Shown: in pieces, positions 58,982 through 64,000 of the stretch
Position numbering within the stretch: the first letter of the stretch is position 1
Layout: each line of letters opens with the position of its first letter
Assembly (NCBI GenBank): GCA_964425935.1
Contig: CAYROR010000007.1
Location: forward strand, 1,629-65,628
Source: an uncultured Sangeribacter sp.
GTDB lineage: Bacteria > Bacteroidota > Bacteroidia > Bacteroidales > Muribaculaceae
Direction: 5' to 3'
DNA: 64,000 nt
Program-made: the position numbers and the translations under genes
The notes under the pieces: generated by a model
Seen by the model: the letters and a program-made list of their open reading frames with translations, nothing else
Database searches by the model: none
What the model was told of the DNA's origin: nothing

Positions 58982-60454
58982 ATGGAAAAGAAGATAAAGA
59001 CACTCTACATGCTCTCCATCATTGCAATCCTTGCCTTCCTCGGGATGCAGGTGTATTGGTTATATGGGCGCTATGAGTACTCTCTGATTGAATATGAGAA
59101 CAGAACCGGCATAACAGTAGTGGAAGCATTAAAAGAGTATGATAAAGCGCGAGGTCGCACTTCTGATATAAAGAGTGATTCTGTAAGGGTGAGGTCGGAG
59201 TTTTTAATGAATCACGATGTGGATTCTGTTGGTAAACAAATTCGGACAGTCACCGTAAAAACCAATGTTGTCAACGTTCGGGAGCTTTTGGAATTTGTAG
59301 GGAATCGAAAACACACTCCTGACGAATTGAAAAGACTTGAGGAAATGTTCATGGACTCCCTTAAATTGACTGATGCCAAGATTGCAACTGTCGATGCCAC
59401 CTCAGCCCCATCAGACGGAATAGCTTGGAATGCCATGAGCAATTTTACAATGGAGGTTCAATCTCATTTCACTAAGGAAGGCATTGATTCAATCCTCAGA
59501 AAGCACGCCATCATTGCAGATATATCTCTGATATTACAGGACAGCGTGACATGGGAGCCCGTTGTCGTGCGCCATACTTCTATGTTTTCTCCGCACGTGA
59601 AGATTATCACCCCTTATTCCGAGCTCGAAAGGAAGGCGGTGGTGATAGAATGTGACATTCCATCCTCGGAGATATTGCGAAATATGGGGCTGACATTGGC
59701 TTTGGCTGTAGTTCTCTCGCTATTCCTTATTCTTTGTCTTGTATGGCAGGTCAAGACCATCGTAAAGCTGACACGACTTGACAGGATGCGCAACTCCTTT
59801 ATCACTACAATGATTCACGAACTGAAACGTCCGATTTCAACATTGAAGATGTGCGTTTCCGGAATTGACAATGACAAACTGATGGAAGATGCCCAATTGC
59901 GTCATGAGCTTACAGGCGAGACACGCATGGCGCTCGACAACCTTTCGGCATATTTCTCTAAACTGCGTGACATAACATTCAACAACGTGGAGCAGATTCC
60001 GCTCAATATTTCCTCATTCAATCTGGCTGCACTTGTTGACAGTGTTATAAAATCCATCACATTGCCAAGTGCTAAGGATGTTTTGTTTGAAAATAATGTT
60101 CCGGAAGATTTTGAGATTTCTGCCGACCGCTCGCATCTCATGAATATTCTCACAAATCTGATTGAGAACGCAATAAAATACTCCGGCAGCAATGTGGCCA
60201 TAAAAATAAACGCCATAAGGATATCAGACGGGTGCGAGATAACCGTTGTGGACAATGGCAACGGTATCCGGGCGGCTGATTTCAACAAGATTTTCAATCG
60301 TTTCTATCGAGGCAAAGCATCCACCTCCGACATCCCGGGAATGGGCCTTGGCCTTGCATACGTCAAACTCCTGACAGATGCTCATGGTGGCGAAATATCC
60401 GTGGAGAGCACCGAAGGCGTCGGCTCATCATTCTCAATAATACTACCACAATGA
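58982..60454 (+). CDS. Sensor histidine kinase
   Basis: Two TM helices, H-box MIHELKRP, NLIENAIKYS, DNGNGI, GMGLGLAYV. Confidence 0.95.
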   Translation: MEKKIKTLYMLSIIAILAFLGMQVYWLYGRYEYSLIEYENRTGITVVEALKEYDKARGRTSDIKSDSVRVRSEFLMNHDVDSVGKQIRTVTVKTNVVNVRELLEFVGNRKHTPDELKRLEEMFMDSLKLTDAKIATVDATSAPSDGIAWNAMSNFTMEVQSHFTKEGIDSILRKHAIIADISLILQDSVTWEPVVVRHTSMFSPHVKIITPYSELERKAVVIECDIPSSEILRNMGLTLALAVVLSLFLILCLVWQVKTIVKLTRLDRMRNSFITTMIHELKRPISTLKMCVSGIDNDKLMEDAQLRHELTGETRMALDNLSAYFSKLRDITFNNVEQIPLNISSFNLAALVDSVIKSITLPSAKDVLFENNVPEDFEISADRSHLMNILTNLIENAIKYSGSNVAIKINAIRISDGCEITVVDNGNGIRAADFNKIFNRFYRGKASTSDIPGMGLGLAYVKLLTDAHGGEISVESTEGVGSSFSIILPQ

Positions 60455-61149
60455 AAAGAATACTTCTCGTAGATGATGACCTGAAAAACTCAATGCTTCT
60501 CAAGCGATTCATTGAGTTGGAAGGATATGATGTGACGTATGCACCCAATGGTAAGACCGGATATGAACTCTACAAGGAGATTCATCCCGATCTGATCCTC
60601 CTCGACATAAATATGCCTGAGATGAACGGGTTTGAAGTGGCTCAGACCATACGTGAAACAGATAGGCGTGTGATAATCTTCTTCCTCACTGACCGAACGG
60701 ACAAGGTTGACCGCCTATATGGCTTCAAACTTAAGGGAAACGACTATATTCCCAAACCATTCTATCCTGAAGAGCTGATAGCCAAGATTAATGAAAGGTT
60801 TGAAAGCGGGATAACCGCGCAGGATGTTGAATTTCAGTTGGGCCAGACTCTGTTCCGCCCGAATTTATCGACTTTAACCTATTCCGGAGAGACACACTCC
60901 CTTTCCGTGAGGCAATCGGAAATCCTTTCGATTCTTGCCCGGAATATAGGCAGGCTTGTAGAGCGCGACACGATCCTGAATATGGTGTGGGGCGATGCAA
61001 GCTATTCCAACTCAATGTCGCTCAACGTGCAGATCACTTATATCCGCAGGTTGCTGACTGATCCTGCGGTGAGCATCACATCGCTAAAAAAGCGAGGCTA
61101 CATACTTTCCGTCTCAGGCATGGAGCCGGATAAAGACAATCGGTTGTAA
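60451..61149 (+). CDS. OmpR-family response regulator
   Basis: LLVDDD, LLDINMP, KPF, C-terminal winged HTH ending KRGY. Confidence 0.95.
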   Translation: MKRILLVDDDLKNSMLLKRFIELEGYDVTYAPNGKTGYELYKEIHPDLILLDINMPEMNGFEVAQTIRETDRRVIIFFLTDRTDKVDRLYGFKLKGNDYIPKPFYPEELIAKINERFESGITAQDVEFQLGQTLFRPNLSTLTYSGETHSLSVRQSEILSILARNIGRLVERDTILNMVWGDASYSNSMSLNVQITYIRRLLTDPAVSITSLKKRGYILSVSGMEPDKDNRL

Positions 61150-61249
61150 AACCAATGTCGCGGATTGAACGTTTTAACGGATAGAGATGGCTTCATATCA
61201 GACATTCTCTTCGGTTTCACTCCTTTACTCTGTAGCTAATTAGATTGAA

Positions 61250-62947
61250 ATGTGGATTATAGACACTTTCCGGCATAATCCGGCGCTGGCCGTGTTTCTG
61301 ACCATCGGCCTTGGCTTCCTGATAGGTCGCCTAAAATTCAAGGGTTTCTCCCTCGGCACGGTCACATCCGTCCTTATCGTCGGTGTGCTTGTGGGACAGA
61401 TGAACATAAACGTCGGAGGTCCGCTCAAGACGGTTTCCTTCATGCTTTTCCTGTTTTGCATAGGATATAGCGTCGGTCCGCAATTCTTCAAGTCGATGAA
61501 AGGGGATGGGCTGAAGCAGGTGCTTTTTGCGGTGGTGATGTGTGTGATGATTCTCGGCGTGTCATGGGTTGTGGCGCTTTGGCTCGGGCTTGATCCCGGT
61601 CAGGCCGCCGGAATGATGGCAGGCGCTTCAACAGCCTCTCCGGTGGTCGGCGCTGCGGAAGACACTATAGCCACCCTCTCGGAATCCCAGGAGAGAATCA
61701 AGGCTATGACGGATTCCATTCCCGTGTGTTATGCCATGACCTACGTCTTCGGCACTCTTGGAGCAGTCTGGCTGATCGGGTATATAGGCCCCTGGATGAT
61801 GGGCGGTCTTGACAAGGTGAAGTGTCTCACTCATGAATATGAGAACAGAATTTCGCAGGGTGGGGCTTCGGATGATCCGGCATTTTTCGATGCCTGCCGT
61901 CCTGTGGCTTTCCGCGCTTTCCGGGTTAACGGGGAGTGGATGAAGTCTCCACACACCGTCGGGGATATTCAGGCGCGGTTTGAGTCTTCCGGCCGGCGAC
62001 TGTTGGTGGAGCGGATAAAAACAGCTGATGGAAACGTGGCTGATGCCATGAAGGATTCTGTGGTGAATCCGGGCGACGTGATAGTGGTGTCAGGCAGGAG
62101 GGAGTTTATTGTCGGCGACAATTCATGGCTCGGAGAGGAGGTTGCCGGACTTGGAATACTGACGTTTCCCGTGGAGGATGTCGAGGTGACTCTGGCCAAA
62201 GGGAAAGGGGGAATGAGTGTTCCTGAACTTGTGGAAAAAGAATTCATGTATGGCGTTGAGATAAAGAGGATCCGCAGAGACGGAAGGATCATTAGGCCTG
62301 CGAAAGACGTTGTGGTGAATCCCGGCGATATCCTGGAGCTTGTAGGACGCAAGAAATATGTCGATACGGCCTCCGCCATGCTTGGATATGCCGACAAACC
62401 CACTTTAGCGACAGATTTTGTTTTCGTTGGCCTTGGAGTTCTTTTAGGCGGGTTGCTGGGTTGCATTGCGTTGAAATTCGGGAGTGTCTCCGTCAGTCTC
62501 GGCACGAGTGGAGGAGCTCTCGTGATGGGTCTCATATTGGGATGGTTGCGCTCCAAGCGTCCGGTCTATGGAGCGATACCGAAGGCCTCACTCTGGGTTT
62601 TCAATAATCTCGGGCTGAATCTCTATATCGCCGTTATCGGAATTGCTTCGGGCCCTACTTTTGTAGACTCCTTCATGGCAGTTGGTCCCAAGATCTTTAT
62701 GGGCGGCCTGATAGTGACGCTTGTTCCGTTGTTTTTCGGGCTTGTGCTAAGCTACAAGGTGTTTAAGTTTCATCCGGCTATCGCATTGGGATGTTGCGCG
62801 GGAGCGCGTAAGACCACAGCGGGTCTCGGGGCAATTCAGGAGAGGCTCGGAAGCTCCGTACCCGCCATCGGCTACACGATCACCTACGCAGTCTCCAACA
62901 CACTGCTGATCATCTTCGGCATAGTGCTTGTGCTCCTTCTCGGATAA
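61250..62947 (+). CDS. aspT: Aspartate:alanine antiporter (AspT/YidE family)
   Basis: FLFCIGYSVGPQFF, two TrkA_C-like domains, LGTSGGAL, PAIGYTITYA. Confidence 0.8.
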   Translation: MWIIDTFRHNPALAVFLTIGLGFLIGRLKFKGFSLGTVTSVLIVGVLVGQMNINVGGPLKTVSFMLFLFCIGYSVGPQFFKSMKGDGLKQVLFAVVMCVMILGVSWVVALWLGLDPGQAAGMMAGASTASPVVGAAEDTIATLSESQERIKAMTDSIPVCYAMTYVFGTLGAVWLIGYIGPWMMGGLDKVKCLTHEYENRISQGGASDDPAFFDACRPVAFRAFRVNGEWMKSPHTVGDIQARFESSGRRLLVERIKTADGNVADAMKDSVVNPGDVIVVSGRREFIVGDNSWLGEEVAGLGILTFPVEDVEVTLAKGKGGMSVPELVEKEFMYGVEIKRIRRDGRIIRPAKDVVVNPGDILELVGRKKYVDTASAMLGYADKPTLATDFVFVGLGVLLGGLLGCIALKFGSVSVSLGTSGGALVMGLILGWLRSKRPVYGAIPKASLWVFNNLGLNLYIAVIGIASGPTFVDSFMAVGPKIFMGGLIVTLVPLFFGLVLSYKVFKFHPAIALGCCAGARKTTAGLGAIQERLGSSVPAIGYTITYAVSNTLLIIFGIVLVLLLG

Positions 62948-63029
62948 TTCCCAATCCGAACCGCTAAAGCTATTGATTATCAGTTGTAGAGTATGTTGAA
63001 TAATTATAATTGATATTCAGCAAAGAGAT

Positions 63030-63087
63030 AAATGTCACCCTTTAGGGGAATGTTTTGAGAAAAAATGTCCCCTAAAGGGTGACATTT
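63030..63087. repeat. Perfect 20-bp inverted repeat with 18-bp spacer
   Basis: AAATGTCACCCTTTAGGGGA (63030-63049) / TCCCCTAAAGGGTGACATTT (63068-63087). Confidence 0.92.
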
Positions 63088-63160
63088 TTAGGTTGTATGG
63101 CATGCCTTTCAGAAAAAAACTATTATCTTTGTGCACTGAATCAATGATATTCCCAAAGCT

Positions 63161-64000
63161 ATGACTGATCTCAACCTCATTACATACATGCATGATGAAT
63201 TGCGACGCACTCCTACAGCTTTCCGTCGCTATATGTATGATAGAATCTTATGGAACGATCGCATGATCGGTCTTGTCGGACCACGCGGTGTGGGAAAGTC
63301 AACCATGGTGAAGCAGCACATTCTCCTTCAACCAGACAAGAATCAATGGCTTTACGTTTCCGCTGACAATTCATATTTTTTTAATCATTCGCTGACGGAA
63401 CTTGCCGATGAATGGATAAAGGAGAATGGCAAGCATATAGTTATTGATGAGGTGCATAAATATAAGGGATGGTCGCGTGAACTCAAACAGGTGTATGACT
63501 CCCATCCGGATCTTCAGGTGGTATTTACCGGAAGTTCCGTTCTCGACATCCATCAGGGAGCCGCTGATCTAAGCAGGCGAGCGCTGATCTTCTCAATGCA
63601 AGGACTTTCATTTCGGGAATACCTTAAAATGTCGAAAGATATAGACCTGCAGGTCTATTCATTTGATGAAATAATAGGCCACAAAGTTGATGTGCCACTT
63701 GATTTTCATCCTATCCCATATTTCAAGGAGTATCTTGAAAAAGGTTATTATCCATTCTTCTCCCAGCCCGGATACGGGCTTCGACTACAACAGGTAATGA
63801 CACAGACTCTTGAAGTAGATATTCCGCAATATGCCGGAATGAACGTCTCCACATCCAGAAAACTGGCTCGTCTGTTGGCGATCTTGTCGGAATCAGTTCC
63901 TTACAAACCTAATATGAAGAATCTCACAGTGGAATTGAGTGTAAGCAAGAATGATTTACCGAATTATTTGGTCTATCTGGAGAAAGCCGGGATGATAGGT
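63161..64000 (+). CDS. AAA_14-family ATPase (runs off the window end; absent from the ORF track)
   Basis: Manual translation MTDLNLITYMHDEL...IGLVGPRGVGKST (Walker A), IVIDEVHKY (Walker B), FTGSS; TATCTTTG at 63124-63131. Confidence 0.88.
   Translation, partial: MTDLNLITYMHDELRRTPTAFRRYMYDRILWNDRMIGLVGPRGVGKSTMVKQHILLQPDKNQWLYVSADNSYFFNHSLTELADEWIKENGKHIVIDEVHKYKGWSRELKQVYDSHPDLQVVFTGSSVLDIHQGAADLSRRALIFSMQGLSFREYLKMSKDIDLQVYSFDEIIGHKVDVPLDFHPIPYFKEYLEKGYYPFFSQPGYGLRLQQVMTQTLEVDIPQYAGMNVSTSRKLARLLAILSESVPYKPNMKNLTVELSVSKNDLPNYLVYLEKAGMIG

Overview
Bacteroidales chromosomal window, Muribaculaceae-like by inference from gene content and many TAnnTTTG promoters. Left to right it holds: a coiled-coil surface-lipoprotein/beta-barrel/OmpA locus; an accessory array (about 6.06-12.36 kb) of four ORF6N- or RhuM-type DNA-binding + PLD-like fusion genes set among triple-hairpin REP-like repeats; a DUF1080 gene and tRNA-Ser(TGA); a five-gene exported operon with a TPR-caspase; housekeeping genes (GH3, pldA, leuS, panB, porin, COG0523 GTPase); an AAA/PD-(D/E)XK gene; a regulator/OM-protein pair; an Abi (HEPN) gene with a candidate antisense small RNA; a polysaccharide cluster with scrambled gene orientation; a GLPGLI/OM-receptor pair divergent from a two-component system; aspT; and a truncated AAA ATPase. 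The most striking signal is that each of the four array genes encodes the variable segment of its DNA-binding domain with a 27-31 bp DNA palindrome. The inner bases differ between paralogues yet stay self-complementary. All family assignments come from motif recognition by eye; no database searches were run.
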